Shown here: piece by piece, positions 15,917 through 27,025 of the stretch
Position numbering within the stretch: the first letter of the stretch is position 1
How the letters are laid out: every line of letters begins with the position of its first letter
Assembly: GCA_019651095.1 (NCBI GenBank)
Contig: BOXR01000001.1
Coordinates: 224,405-288,404, forward strand
DNA length: 64,000 nucleotides
Reading direction: 5' to 3'
Source of the DNA: Ectothiorhodospiraceae bacterium
GTDB lineage: Bacteria; Pseudomonadota; Gammaproteobacteria; GCA-002705445; GCA-002716945
Program-made: the position numbers and the translations under genes
The notes under the pieces: generated by a model
Told to the model about the DNA's origin: nothing
Database searches by the model: none
Seen by the model: the letters and a program-made list of their open reading frames with translations, nothing else

Positions 15917-16384
15917 ATGAATGTAACTGCAACACTTTTTGGACAAATGATCACATTTATTGTGTTTGTATGGTTTATTAAAGCTTATTTATGGGAGCCT
16001 CTAACACAGGCAATGGAAAGTAGAACTAAGAAAATATCAGATGGCCTGGCAGCTGCTGAACAAGGCCAAAAAAAAATAGAACAAGCGACGATAGAATTCT
16101 CTACGCGTATTGATCAAGCAAAAACACAAGCTTCATCTATCATTACAGACGCTGAATCAAAATCAAAAAATATCGTAGAAGAAGCAAGGGTAGCAGCAAG
16201 GGAAGAGGCCCAAAAAATCGCTAAAACATCATCTCAGCAACTTGAACAAGAGATAAACGCCGCTAGAGAAAAACTTAAATCTGAGGTTGCAGCAATGTCA
16301 TTATTATGTGCTGAGAAGATCATCAGTAAAGAAATTGACAAAAAAATGCACGACAAGATTATCGATGAGGTTGTGAACAAGTGA
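15917..16384 (+). CDS. atpF: F0F1 ATP synthase subunit b
   Basis: 155 aa with a single N-terminal TM and a long charged helix, in the expected operon position. Confidence 0.9.
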   Translation: MNVTATLFGQMITFIVFVWFIKAYLWEPLTQAMESRTKKISDGLAAAEQGQKKIEQATIEFSTRIDQAKTQASSIITDAESKSKNIVEEARVAAREEAQKIAKTSSQQLEQEINAAREKLKSEVAAMSLLCAEKIISKEIDKKMHDKIIDEVVNK

Positions 16385-16920
16385 CCGACAGCATTACATA
16401 TTCTAGACCATATGCAGAGGCAGCGTATAAAATCGCATCAGAGTCAAAATCCATACCGATGTGGAATGACAATCTTATGACCCTATCGGGGATTATAGTA
16501 GATATGGAAGTCAAAGCTATAATAGCAAGTCCCAAGATCGACTCAGACCAAACTCTTAATTTCCTTGCCAGTTTCTTGCCACAAAAGGATGAATCGTTCA
16601 GTAATTTTCTCAGCATAATGATAGCCAACAAGAAAGTTTATTTTCTTGATGAGGTTTACAAACTATTTAACGATATGGTTTTGGAGGATAAGAATACAAC
16701 GATTGCTGAGGTTGAAACAGCTTTTGCCCTAAGTGATACACAAAAAAGTGATATTGTTGACAGTCTTACAAAAAAATATGATAAAAAAATTCAAATCCAT
16801 GAAGTGATAAACGAAAGACTTTTAGCGGGTATCAAAATCAGTGTCAACAATGAGGTAACTGACTACAGTGTAAGAAACAAATTAAATCTAATGAAAGAAC
16901 AAATCATAAATAATAGGTAA
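16381..16920 (+). CDS. atpH: F0F1 ATP synthase subunit delta
   Basis: 179 aa, OSCP-like, between atpF and atpA; GTG start overlapping the atpF stop. Confidence 0.88.
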   Translation: MTDSITYSRPYAEAAYKIASESKSIPMWNDNLMTLSGIIVDMEVKAIIASPKIDSDQTLNFLASFLPQKDESFSNFLSIMIANKKVYFLDEVYKLFNDMVLEDKNTTIAEVETAFALSDTQKSDIVDSLTKKYDKKIQIHEVINERLLAGIKISVNNEVTDYSVRNKLNLMKEQIINNR

Positions 16921-16924
16921 AGTC

Positions 16925-18466
16925 ATGACAATTAATCCAACAGAAATTAGCGATATCATTAAAGACAAGATAAAGAATCTTGATATTAAAACCCAGTCTC
17001 ATAACGAGGGCACGGTTGTATCTCTCACTGACGGCATAGCTCGAATTTATGGAATTACAGATGCTCTACAAGGTGAAATGTTAGAGTTCCCAAATAACAT
17101 ATATGGTTTAGCACTTAATCTCGAGAGAGATTCTGTCGGTGCCGTAATCCTGGGTGATTATAAATCTATCTCAGAAGGAGATACAGTAAAGTGTACTGGT
17201 AACATCTTAGAAGTACCTGTGGGAGATGAGTTATTGGGTAGAGTGGTAAATTCTCTCGGAGAACCAATAGATAATGGAGGGCCCATAACCACAAAACTTA
17301 AATCTCCTATAGAAAAAATTGCACCTGGTGTTATTGAGAGAAAATCTGTGGACCAACCTGTTCAGACAGGCCTGAAGTCCATTGACTCAATGGTCCCAAT
17401 TGGACGTGGACAGCGAGAGCTAATTATTGGCGACAGACAAACTGGTAAAACGGCTGTTGCAATTGATGCGATCATTAACCAGAAAGATACAGGTGTGAAA
17501 TGTATTTATGTTGCTATTGGCCAAAAAGCCTCGTCGATAGCCGCTGTTGTGAGGAAACTTGAAGAGCATGATGCTCTTAAACATACGATTATTGTTGCTG
17601 CATCAGCATCAGATTCTGCAGCCATGCAATATATAGCGCCTTACTCAGGTTGTGCAATGGGTGAATATTTTAGAGATTCTGGAGAGGATGCGTTAATAGT
17701 CTATGATGACTTAACTAAGCAAGCGTGGGCGTATCGTCAAGTATCACTCTTATTGAAACGACCTCCTGGGCGAGAGGCTTATCCTGGAGATGTATTTTAC
17801 TTGCATTCAAGATTGCTAGAGAGATCAGCTAGGATTAATGAGGATGCTGTTGGAGATATAACTGGCGGGAAAGTTAAAGGTAAAACAGGGTCATTAACAG
17901 CACTTCCTATTATCGAAACACAAGCAGGAGATGTATCTGCATTCGTTCCAACAAATGTTATATCTATCACAGACGGCCAAATATTTTTAGAGACAGATTT
18001 ATTTAACGCAGGAATACGACCAGCAATTAATGCAGGATTGTCAGTTTCTCGTGTGGGTGGCGCTGCTCAAACAAAAATTATTAAAAAGCTTGGAGGTGGT
18101 GTCAGACTTGCACTTGCTCAATACCGTGAGTTAGCAGCTTTCTCACAATTTGCGTCTGATCTAGATGAAGCAACACGAAAACAGTTAGAGCGCGGTAAAC
18201 GTGTCACAGAACTTATGAAACAATCGCAGTATTCACCGTTATCTGTTGCTGGTATGGCTATTTCACTTTATGCAGCCAATGAGGGTTATCTTGATGATGT
18301 TGATCTGGAAAAAATTATATCTTATGAGAAATCTCTTCATGAGTTCTCTGCTGAAAAATATCCTGATCTAGTTGAAGAGATTAATACTAACTGTGACTAC
18401 AATGATGATGTAGCAGCCAAGCTTAAAACTCTCATGGATGACTTCAAAGAAAAGGGAGTCTATTAA
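16925..18466 (+). CDS. atpA: F0F1 ATP synthase subunit alpha
   Basis: 513 aa. Walker A GDRQTGKT and [20 protein letters not shown]. Confidence 0.98.
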   Translation: MTINPTEISDIIKDKIKNLDIKTQSHNEGTVVSLTDGIARIYGITDALQGEMLEFPNNIYGLALNLERDSVGAVILGDYKSISEGDTVKCTGNILEVPVGDELLGRVVNSLGEPIDNGGPITTKLKSPIEKIAPGVIERKSVDQPVQTGLKSIDSMVPIGRGQRELIIGDRQTGKTAVAIDAIINQKDTGVKCIYVAIGQKASSIAAVVRKLEEHDALKHTIIVAASASDSAAMQYIAPYSGCAMGEYFRDSGEDALIVYDDLTKQAWAYRQVSLLLKRPPGREAYPGDVFYLHSRLLERSARINEDAVGDITGGKVKGKTGSLTALPIIETQAGDVSAFVPTNVISITDGQIFLETDLFNAGIRPAINAGLSVSRVGGAAQTKIIKKLGGGVRLALAQYRELAAFSQFASDLDEATRKQLERGKRVTELMKQSQYSPLSVAGMAISLYAANEGYLDDVDLEKIISYEKSLHEFSAEKYPDLVEEINTNCDYNDDVAAKLKTLMDDFKEKGVY

Positions 18467-18468
18467 TC

Positions 18469-19332
18469 ATGTCTGGCAGCCAAGAGATCAGAACACAGAT
18501 AGCAAGTATTCAAAATACTCAAAAAATCACAAAAGCTATGGAGATGGTTGCAGCCAGTAAAATGAAAAAAGCACAGGATCAGATGACCAAAGCAAGACCG
18601 TACGCAGATAAAATATTAAATGTTATAAAGCATTTAGCACACGCTCATCCTGAGTATACTTCTGAGTTTTTTGCTCAGAGAGATGTATCAAAGAAGGGTT
18701 ACATCATAATATCCTCAGATAGAGGACTTTGCGGAGGTTTAAATAATAACTTATTTAAACTTGTTGTTGAAAATATTGAAAAGGATAGCAGTTCAAGCAT
18801 AAAGCCTGCCTTCTCCCTGATAGGAGGAAAAGCCTCATCTTTTTTTCAAAGGATGGGAGGAGATGTGATAGCTCAAACGTCACAACTTGGCGACAAACCC
18901 AAAATAGAGCAGGTGCTTGGTTTAATAAAAAATACTATCGACAGTTTTATTAGCAAAGATATAGATGAAGTTTATATTGTCTATAACAAATTCATCAACA
19001 CTGTCAGTCAAGAACCCATAGTGCAAAAAGTACTACCTATACAAACAGAAGATAAAAATGAGGAGTATGATTATTATTGGGACTATTTATATGAACCAGA
19101 TGCTGAAGCAGTGCTCGAGTCACTATTTACAAGATATATTGAGTCTCTAATTTACAGAGGACTTGTTGAAAACTTAGCATGTGAGCAAGCTTCAAGAATG
19201 GTAGCAATGAAAGCAGCTTCAGATAATGCTTCAGATCTAATATCAGAATTACAATTAATTTATAATAAAAATAGACAAGCCGCTATTACACAAGAAATTT
19301 CAGAGATTATCTCTGGTGCAGCAGCGCTTTAA
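18469..19332 (+). CDS. atpG: F0F1 ATP synthase subunit gamma
   Basis: 287 aa. N-terminal IQNTQKITKAMEMVAASKM and C-terminal RQAAITQEISEIISGAAAL. Confidence 0.96.
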   Translation: MSGSQEIRTQIASIQNTQKITKAMEMVAASKMKKAQDQMTKARPYADKILNVIKHLAHAHPEYTSEFFAQRDVSKKGYIIISSDRGLCGGLNNNLFKLVVENIEKDSSSSIKPAFSLIGGKASSFFQRMGGDVIAQTSQLGDKPKIEQVLGLIKNTIDSFISKDIDEVYIVYNKFINTVSQEPIVQKVLPIQTEDKNEEYDYYWDYLYEPDAEAVLESLFTRYIESLIYRGLVENLACEQASRMVAMKAASDNASDLISELQLIYNKNRQAAITQEISEIISGAAAL

Positions 19333-19337
19333 TATAG

Positions 19338-20723
<1,386 letters not shown>

Positions 20724-20724
<1 letters not shown>

Positions 20725-21149
20725 TGGCAGATAAAATAAGACTTGAGATTGTAAGTGCTGAAGAGGAGCTCTTTTCAGAAGATGTTGAAATGGTTTATGC
20801 GCCAGCAGAAATGGGTGAAGTTGGCGTATCACCTAAACATACACCACTAATCACAAAGCTAAAGCCTGGGGATGTTCGAGCTCAAATTAGCAAAGACGAA
20901 ATGAAGACCTTTTACGTTAGTGGTGGTATATTGGAAATACAACCAAACGAGGTGACGATTTTGTCAGATACTGCTATTCGTGAAGATGATTTGGATGAAG
21001 AAAGAGCTCTTGAAGCTGAGCGTCAAGCAAAAGAAGCTATGAAAAATAGTTCTAGTGAGATTGACTCTTCAAAAGCTAAAACAGAATTATTACAAGCAGC
21101 TGCACAATTACGTCTTATTAAAAAGTTGAGAAGTAATACTAAAAAATAA
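20724..21149 (+). CDS. atpC: F0F1 ATP synthase subunit epsilon
   Basis: 141 aa, last gene of the atp operon. Its ATG overlaps the reconstructed atpD stop. Confidence 0.92.
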
Positions 21150-21165
21150 GCAAGGGGTAGCTTGT

Positions 21166-22542
21166 ATGTTCACATCTGTAATTCTTGGTGCAGGAAAAAG
21201 CACTAGAATGAAAGCCAACAAATCAAAGCTTCTCTTTAATATTGCCGGTAAACCTGTAATCAATCATATCTTATCGTCTTTAAAAGCTGCAAAAGCAAAA
21301 CATAATATATGTGTTATAAATAACTCCTCAGCTGAATTGAAAAAAATTTTACAAGCTGAAAAAATCAGTTTTGCATATCAAAAAATATTAGATGGAACAG
21401 CAGGTGCAGTTAAGGCTGCTCTTAAATCAAAAAAGAATTCTAACTCAAAGATACTTATTCTATGTGGAGATGTTCCGTTCATTACAAGTAACTCAATCAA
21501 AAAGCTCGTTGCAAAGCTCAAAAATCATGATGCAGTGGTAGGAACTGTAGAGCTTGAATCACCGAAGGGTTATGGCAGGATAGTACGTGTAAATAACAAA
21601 TTTAGTTCTATTGTTGAAGAAAAAGAGACAACTCCTGATGAAAGACAGATCAGAGAGGTCAATACTGGCATTATCGCTATCCAAGAAAATGTACTGAGAA
21701 AATATATTTCATTGATAAAAAACAATAATCAAAAAAAAGAATATTACCTTACAGATATCATTAAAATTTTAATAGATCATGATAAGAAAGTGACTACCTT
21801 TAAATTCAGCAATGAACTCGAAGTAAGAGGTGTGAACTCAAAAGTTGATTTAGTAAACCTAGAACAACAATACTTGAGACACAAAGCTGAACAACTTCTT
21901 GAAAAAGGGACTTTGATAAGAGACCCATCAAGAACAGACATCAGAGGAAAATTAACAGTAAGCAAAAATGTTGAAATAGATATAAACTGTGTGTTCGAAG
22001 ACGATGTCTCTATAGGAGAGAATAGTTCTATCGGATACAACTGCCTATTGAACCGATGTAAAATTGGAAAAAATGTGAATATAAAGCCAAACACCATTAT
22101 CTTTGGCGCTACCATAGGTGATAATTCAACTGTTGGACCATTCGCGCGGATTAGGCCAGGCACAGTCATTAAAAAATCTTGTAACATAGGAAACTTTGTT
22201 GAAATTAAAAACTCTACAATAGGAGATGGTACAAAGATAAATCACCTAAGCTATGTAGGAGACGCAACACTTGGGAAAGAAGTGAATATAGGCGCAGGCG
22301 CGATAACATGTAACTATGATGGCGTGAATAAACATAAAACGATTGTAAGAGACAACTCTTTCATCGGCTCGGGTTCAATGCTGGTAGCTCCAGTGATTAT
22401 TGGCAAAGGTTCATTTATTGCTGCTGGCTCTACAATTACTAAAGATACTTCAGGATCAGGACATTTAACCATTGCTAGAAGCAAGCAAATGACCATAAGG
22501 AATTGGACAAATAGAGCCAATAGAAAAACAAAGAAAAAATAA
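21166..22542 (+). CDS. glmU: bifunctional UDP-N-acetylglucosamine pyrophosphorylase / GlcN-1-P acetyltransferase
   Basis: 458 aa. N-terminal LGAGKSTRMK nucleotidyltransferase motif and C-terminal left-handed beta-helix hexapeptide repeats. Confidence 0.93.
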   Translation: MFTSVILGAGKSTRMKANKSKLLFNIAGKPVINHILSSLKAAKAKHNICVINNSSAELKKILQAEKISFAYQKILDGTAGAVKAALKSKKNSNSKILILCGDVPFITSNSIKKLVAKLKNHDAVVGTVELESPKGYGRIVRVNNKFSSIVEEKETTPDERQIREVNTGIIAIQENVLRKYISLIKNNNQKKEYYLTDIIKILIDHDKKVTTFKFSNELEVRGVNSKVDLVNLEQQYLRHKAEQLLEKGTLIRDPSRTDIRGKLTVSKNVEIDINCVFEDDVSIGENSSIGYNCLLNRCKIGKNVNIKPNTIIFGATIGDNSTVGPFARIRPGTVIKKSCNIGNFVEIKNSTIGDGTKINHLSYVGDATLGKEVNIGAGAITCNYDGVNKHKTIVRDNSFIGSGSMLVAPVIIGKGSFIAAGSTITKDTSGSGHLTIARSKQMTIRNWTNRANRKTKKK

Positions 22543-24356
22543 TGTGCGGCATTTTTGGAATATCTTCAACTAAACCGATTTCAAACCAACTGATTAAGGG
22601 ATTATCAAAACTTGAGTACAGGGGCTATGATTCAGCAGGCATTTCAGGTCATGATATCAATAGTAAATTAGTCACGATTAAAGCTACTGGTCCGATAAAA
22701 AATCTAAAACATAAACTCTCCAAGTTAAAAGGGATCACAACAGCTGTATCACATACGAGATGGGCAACACATGGACAGCCAACATTAAAAAACACTCATC
22801 CACATTTATCTGAATACATTGGTATTGTCCATAATGGGATCATAGAAAATTACTTAGACCTTAAGTCATATTTAAAGAAGAAAGGATACGTTTTTAGAAG
22901 TGATACAGATTCAGAGGTTATATGTCATTTGATGAACTACTATTTTAATAAGTCTGCTGATATGCAATCTTCAATTATTTCTACAGCGAATTCACTGGAA
23001 GGAAGTTATGCAATAGCAGCAATCAATTCGCACACACCTCATACAATTTATACATCATGCAAAGGAAGCCCAATAATTTTAGGTAAAGGTGTAGATGCAA
23101 ATTACATTTCGTCCGATATAACTCCAATAATTGATCACACTAAACACTTTATACCAATGGATGATAGTGAATTTGCAGAAATCAATTCGACAAGTATTAA
23201 AATATTTAATAAAAATAAAAGAACAATAAGAAAGCCAACTAAAGTATCAAAGATCAACAAAAATCAAGCATCGCTAATGGGCCATAGACATTTTATGCAC
23301 AAAGAGATCTATGAGCAGAGAACAATTATACAAGATATGACAAGTCGCTTTGTCGGGAAGAATAAAATCTTGCCGAATATATTTGGACACAATACTGATA
23401 AATTTCTTGAAAATATTGAACATATCCATTTTGTAGCTTGTGGTACAAGTTATCATGCATCTTTAGTCGCTAAAGATTGGATAGAGCAATTCACTAAAAT
23501 TACATGTACTGCAGAAGTCGCCAGTGAATATAAATATAAAAAGATAAATGTATTACCTAAGACACTATTTGTAAGTATTTCTCAGTCTGGGGAAACTGCT
23601 GATACTATATCATCTCTTAAGAAAGCTCTAAAACTTAGCTATACAAACACTCTAGCTATATGTAATGTAGCAGAAAGTACGCTTACAAGATTATCCGGTA
23701 TGAATTTTCTTATGAATGCAGGACCAGAAATAAGCGTTGCCTCAACCAAGGCTTTTACATCACAACTATTTACTCTTTTATTGCTAACAGTCATTTTGTC
23801 AAGAAAGTACGGCAAAACAGAAAAAAAGATGGTTCAAGATATAAGACAAATCGATAAAAAAATAGATGAACTGTACAAAATGGAAGATGAGATTAAGAAA
23901 ATATCCACTAAATTCAAAAACAAAGAGCATACTCTTTTTTTGGGTAAAGGGACATCTTATCCCATAGCTCTAGAGGCTGCTCTAAAACTGAAAGAAATAT
24001 CATATATTCATGCATCTGCATATCATTCTGGTGAACTTAAGCATGGCCCCTTAGCTTTGGTAGATAAAAAAATGCCCGTTGTCTGTTTTTTACCTGATAA
24101 TCATTTAGCAAGGTTAGTCTTATCCAACCTTGCTGAAGTTGAGGCAAGGCAAGGACAAACATTTATTTTCACTAACAAAAAAATTGCTAGAAACAAGAAA
24201 AAAGTGGAAGTGATAAAGATGCCAGATTGCCCTGATCTCATCGTTCCCATACTTTATATAATCCCAGCGCAACTTTTAAGCTATCACGTGGCTTTGAAAA
24301 AAAATACTAATGTAGATAAGCCAAGGAACCTTGCGAAATCAGTTACAGTAGAGTAA
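22542..24356 (+). CDS. glmS: glutamine--fructose-6-phosphate aminotransferase
   Basis: 604 aa. N-terminal MCGI Ntn amidotransferase nucleophile, two SIS domains, C-terminal KPRNLAKSVTVE. Confidence 0.97.
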   Translation: MCGIFGISSTKPISNQLIKGLSKLEYRGYDSAGISGHDINSKLVTIKATGPIKNLKHKLSKLKGITTAVSHTRWATHGQPTLKNTHPHLSEYIGIVHNGIIENYLDLKSYLKKKGYVFRSDTDSEVICHLMNYYFNKSADMQSSIISTANSLEGSYAIAAINSHTPHTIYTSCKGSPIILGKGVDANYISSDITPIIDHTKHFIPMDDSEFAEINSTSIKIFNKNKRTIRKPTKVSKINKNQASLMGHRHFMHKEIYEQRTIIQDMTSRFVGKNKILPNIFGHNTDKFLENIEHIHFVACGTSYHASLVAKDWIEQFTKITCTAEVASEYKYKKINVLPKTLFVSISQSGETADTISSLKKALKLSYTNTLAICNVAESTLTRLSGMNFLMNAGPEISVASTKAFTSQLFTLLLLTVILSRKYGKTEKKMVQDIRQIDKKIDELYKMEDEIKKISTKFKNKEHTLFLGKGTSYPIALEAALKLKEISYIHASAYHSGELKHGPLALVDKKMPVVCFLPDNHLARLVLSNLAEVEARQGQTFIFTNKKIARNKKKVEVIKMPDCPDLIVPILYIIPAQLLSYHVALKKNTNVDKPRNLAKSVTVE

Positions 24357-25053
24357 TCATTAAAGACTTATTTTGAGGCAAGGAAGTTTCTGTAATTCTT
24401 CCTTCTTCATTCTTGACTAGGATAAGAGTTTTTACCATTTTGAAAGATATCGATTTAAAAACTTGATCATTCTTCAAATGTAATGCACATCCACCATCTA
24501 TTGCAAAACAGTCACCAATCTCTCCATTTGAGATGAAATTAGATAAAGAGGGTTTTCTCTCAGGCTCTTCATCATAATGTGGACAACAATTACCTTTTGT
24601 ATAACCTAAACATTCTAAAACATTTAGATTGTCTGCCCATGAATCTGTAATGCCTTTTTCAAACCAACATATCGCGCCAGCACTAACTCCGCTCATGATG
24701 GTTCCTGATTCGTATGCATTCTTTAAAATTATATCCAAACCCCATTCACGCCAAACAGCTAACATACTTTTAGTATTTCCACCGCCAACAAAGATGACAT
24801 CTTGCATCTGAATAAATTTTTCCAAGTTTGGAGTTCTCTTAAAAAAATCTAAATGAGTTGGATTACAGTCCAACTTAGTCATTGTTGAATAATAACTAAC
24901 TTTATAAGATTCACTATCTCCTGTTGCTGTCGGAATAAAGCAAATGTTTGGAGTATCTTTGTCTGATTGATCTAGTATATATTTTTCAATAATACCAACC
25001 CCAGGATTTCTCCCAAATCCACCACCACCAATTGCTATGATTTGTTTATCCAT
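24343..25053 (-). CDS. S51 family peptidase (peptidase E / cyanophycinase-like)
   Basis: 236 aa. IAIGGGGF.., FVGGGNT and the nucleophile block MSGVSAGAICW are typical of S51 dipeptidases. 3' end overlaps glmS convergently by 14 nt. Confidence 0.7.
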   Translation of the reverse strand: MDKQIIAIGGGGFGRNPGVGIIEKYILDQSDKDTPNICFIPTATGDSESYKVSYYSTMTKLDCNPTHLDFFKRTPNLEKFIQMQDVIFVGGGNTKSMLAVWREWGLDIILKNAYESGTIMSGVSAGAICWFEKGITDSWADNLNVLECLGYTKGNCCPHYDEEPERKPSLSNFISNGEIGDCFAIDGGCALHLKNDQVFKSISFKMVKTLILVKNEEGRITETSLPQNKSLMITLL

Positions 25054-25149
25054 ATTTTTAAGTTAGACAGTCCTCCCTGATCTTTAGCATTATACAACTA
25101 TTAGAATAACTTATATAATACCTAAAGTAGTAAACGCAAGGAGAACGCA

Positions 25150-25596
25150 ATGCTTAACGTATATTTATCAGGTGAAATTCATACTGATTGGAGACAAGAA
25201 ATAATTGATGAGTGCCAAAAAGAAGGGTTAGATATTAACTTTTCATCGCCAGTTACTAATCATGAATTATCAGACAATTGTGGAGTTGATATTCTGGGTG
25301 CAGAGGAAAATAATTTCTGGAAAGACAACAAAGGTGCAAACATAAATTCAATTCGCACAAAAAAATCAATCGAAGATAGCGATGTTGTTATTGTCAAGTT
25401 TGGAGAAAAATACAAACAGTGGAATGCTGCATTCGATGCAGGCTATGCCTCAGCATTGAATAAATCTATAGTTGTGATTCATGGAGATGAACATCAACAC
25501 CCACTTAAAGAGGTTGATGCTGCGGCGTGCGCGGTAACAAAAGATCAAAGTCAGGCAGTAAAGATACTTAAGTATATCGTTCAAGGCTCCCTGTGA
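25150..25596 (+). CDS. YtoQ family protein (nucleoside 2-deoxyribosyltransferase-like fold)
   Basis: 148 aa. The N-terminal VYLSGEIHTDWRQEI and overall length match my recollection of the YtoQ family. AAGGAG RBS upstream. Confidence 0.6.
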   Translation: MLNVYLSGEIHTDWRQEIIDECQKEGLDINFSSPVTNHELSDNCGVDILGAEENNFWKDNKGANINSIRTKKSIEDSDVVIVKFGEKYKQWNAAFDAGYASALNKSIVVIHGDEHQHPLKEVDAAACAVTKDQSQAVKILKYIVQGSL

Positions 25597-25605
25597 TTGC
25601 TAAGC

Positions 25606-25827
25606 ATGACTGTTAATAAAAATAATAAACTTACTGAGGCACAAATCGGAGAGATTATATTTATGGCTCTTTCTGATGATGTAAGTTTTGACAGCATCAA
25701 TGAACGTTTCGGTATAGATAGTGATCAAATTAAAAGAATAATGAAACAAAATATTTCATTTGGCTCTTATAAAAAATGGAGAGAGCGTGTGAAAAAATTC
25801 TCAAAAAGAAGGATGCACTATAAGTAA
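25606..25827 (+). CDS. DUF2805 / TIGR03643 family small protein
   Basis: 73 aa from the ATG. LTEAQIGEIIFMALSDDVSFDSINERFGIDSDQIKRIMKQNISFGSYKKWRERVKKFSKR matches the TIGR03643 pattern (..FEAIE.QFGL.E..VI.LMR..LK..SF..WRKRV). Confidence 0.65.
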   Translation: MTVNKNNKLTEAQIGEIIFMALSDDVSFDSINERFGIDSDQIKRIMKQNISFGSYKKWRERVKKFSKRRMHYK

Positions 25828-26100
25828 ATGAGTGAAGAAAAAATTATTATAAAGCAGTCGACTCCTATTTATGGAACACTTGGTATCATATTTGGGTTTG
25901 TAGGAATTTTTATTTTATCACCACTCTTTAGCCCTCTGGCGTTGATACTCGGTTCTTTGGCATGTCTCCAAAAGGAATTTACAGCTGGCATCCTGAGTAT
26001 CGTATTCGCAATTTTAGGAATCATCACCTCGCCCATTCTGATGGCACTACTTAACATGCCAAATATCATAATTTATCAAAATCAGGGTGTTTTTCTATGA
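25828..26100 (+). CDS. small hypothetical membrane protein (2-3 TM)
   Basis: 90 aa. Its ATG abuts the previous stop (TAAATG). Strongly hydrophobic, Gly/Ile-rich helices. No family recognised. Confidence 0.5.
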   Translation: MSEEKIIIKQSTPIYGTLGIIFGFVGIFILSPLFSPLALILGSLACLQKEFTAGILSIVFAILGIITSPILMALLNMPNIIIYQNQGVFL

Positions 26101-26138
26101 TTTGCACCAAATTTGACCATACTTTTTGTAATAGATAA

Positions 26139-26166
26139 TTGATAAATATCCGATTTTATATAGAAT
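26139..26166 (+). promoter_or_regulatory. candidate sigma70 promoter of the proteorhodopsin gene
   Basis: TTGATA (26139-26144), 16-nt spacer, TAGAAT (26161-26166), about 45 nt upstream of the ATG. AAGGAG RBS 8 nt before the start. Confidence 0.4.
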
Positions 26167-26210
26167 AAAAAGGTATTAATTTAAATTAATTTAATAAAAA
26201 GGAGTTATTT

Positions 26211-26972
26211 ATGAGGAACGTTTTATCATATGCTCTCTCACTACTATTCGTAACAGCTCTACCATCCGTAGCATTCGCTGGGGATCTTCAAGCTAACGAT
26301 TTTGTAGGGGTGACATTCTGGATAATATCGATTTCGATGGTTGCAGCAACTCTCTTCTTCTTCTCTGAAAGATCAAGAGTATCAGCTAAATGGCAAACAT
26401 CGTTATCAGTCATATCACTAGTAACGTTAATCGCAGCTGTACACTATTTCTATATGAGAGAAGTATGGGTTGAAACAGGCGAATCTCCAACTGTATTCAG
26501 ATACATCGATTGGATTTTAACTGTACCGTTACAAATGATCGAATTCTACTTAATACTAGCAGCTGTAACAACTGTTAGTGCAGGTGTATTCAATAGACTG
26601 CTTGTAGGTACACTAGTCATGTTGATTGGTGGTTACTTAGGTGAAGCTGGAGTAATCAATGCGATGCTCGGATTCATCATCGGGATGGCAGGCTGGATAT
26701 ACATCCTGTATGAAATTTTTGCTGGTGAAGCAGGACAAAAAAGTACGTCTTGTGGAAGCGTGGGTGCTCAAATGGCATTCAATGCATGTCGTATGATCGT
26801 ATTAGTCGGTTGGGCGATTTATCCACTCGGATATCTATTCGGATACCTAATGGGTGGTGTAGATGCAGCAAGCTTGAACTTGATTTATAACCTTGCAGAT
26901 TTTGTAAACAAAATCGCATTCGGTGTATTTATCTGGGCAGCTGCAATAGCAGATTCAGCAGAAACTGCATAA
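26211..26972 (+). CDS. proteorhodopsin, proton-pumping (DTE motif), blue-absorbing type (Gln at spectral tuning position)
   Basis: 253 aa with signal peptide ..ALPSVAFAGD and 7 TM. RYIDWILTVPLQMIEFYL carries the Asp acceptor, the Thr, Gln at the position-105 equivalent and the Glu donor. His in VHYFYMR. Retinal Schiff-base Lys in NLADFVNKIAFG. Near-colinear with the classical SAR86 proteorhodopsin as I recall it. Confidence 0.95.
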   Translation: MRNVLSYALSLLFVTALPSVAFAGDLQANDFVGVTFWIISISMVAATLFFFSERSRVSAKWQTSLSVISLVTLIAAVHYFYMREVWVETGESPTVFRYIDWILTVPLQMIEFYLILAAVTTVSAGVFNRLLVGTLVMLIGGYLGEAGVINAMLGFIIGMAGWIYILYEIFAGEAGQKSTSCGSVGAQMAFNACRMIVLVGWAIYPLGYLFGYLMGGVDAASLNLIYNLADFVNKIAFGVFIWAAAIADSAETA

Positions 26973-26990
26973 ATAAACTTAAAAATATGT

Positions 26991-27014
26991 ACAAGGAGCG
27001 CTTGCGCTCCTTGT
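26991..27014 (+). terminator. perfect 10-bp stem / 4-nt loop hairpin between proteorhodopsin and crtI (partial terminator or mRNA-stabilising element)
   Basis: ACAAGGAGCG-cttg-CGCTCCTTGT, 19 nt after the PR stop. The downstream tract ATTATGTCT is only weakly U-rich. Confidence 0.45.
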
Positions 27015-27025
27015 ATTATGTCTAA

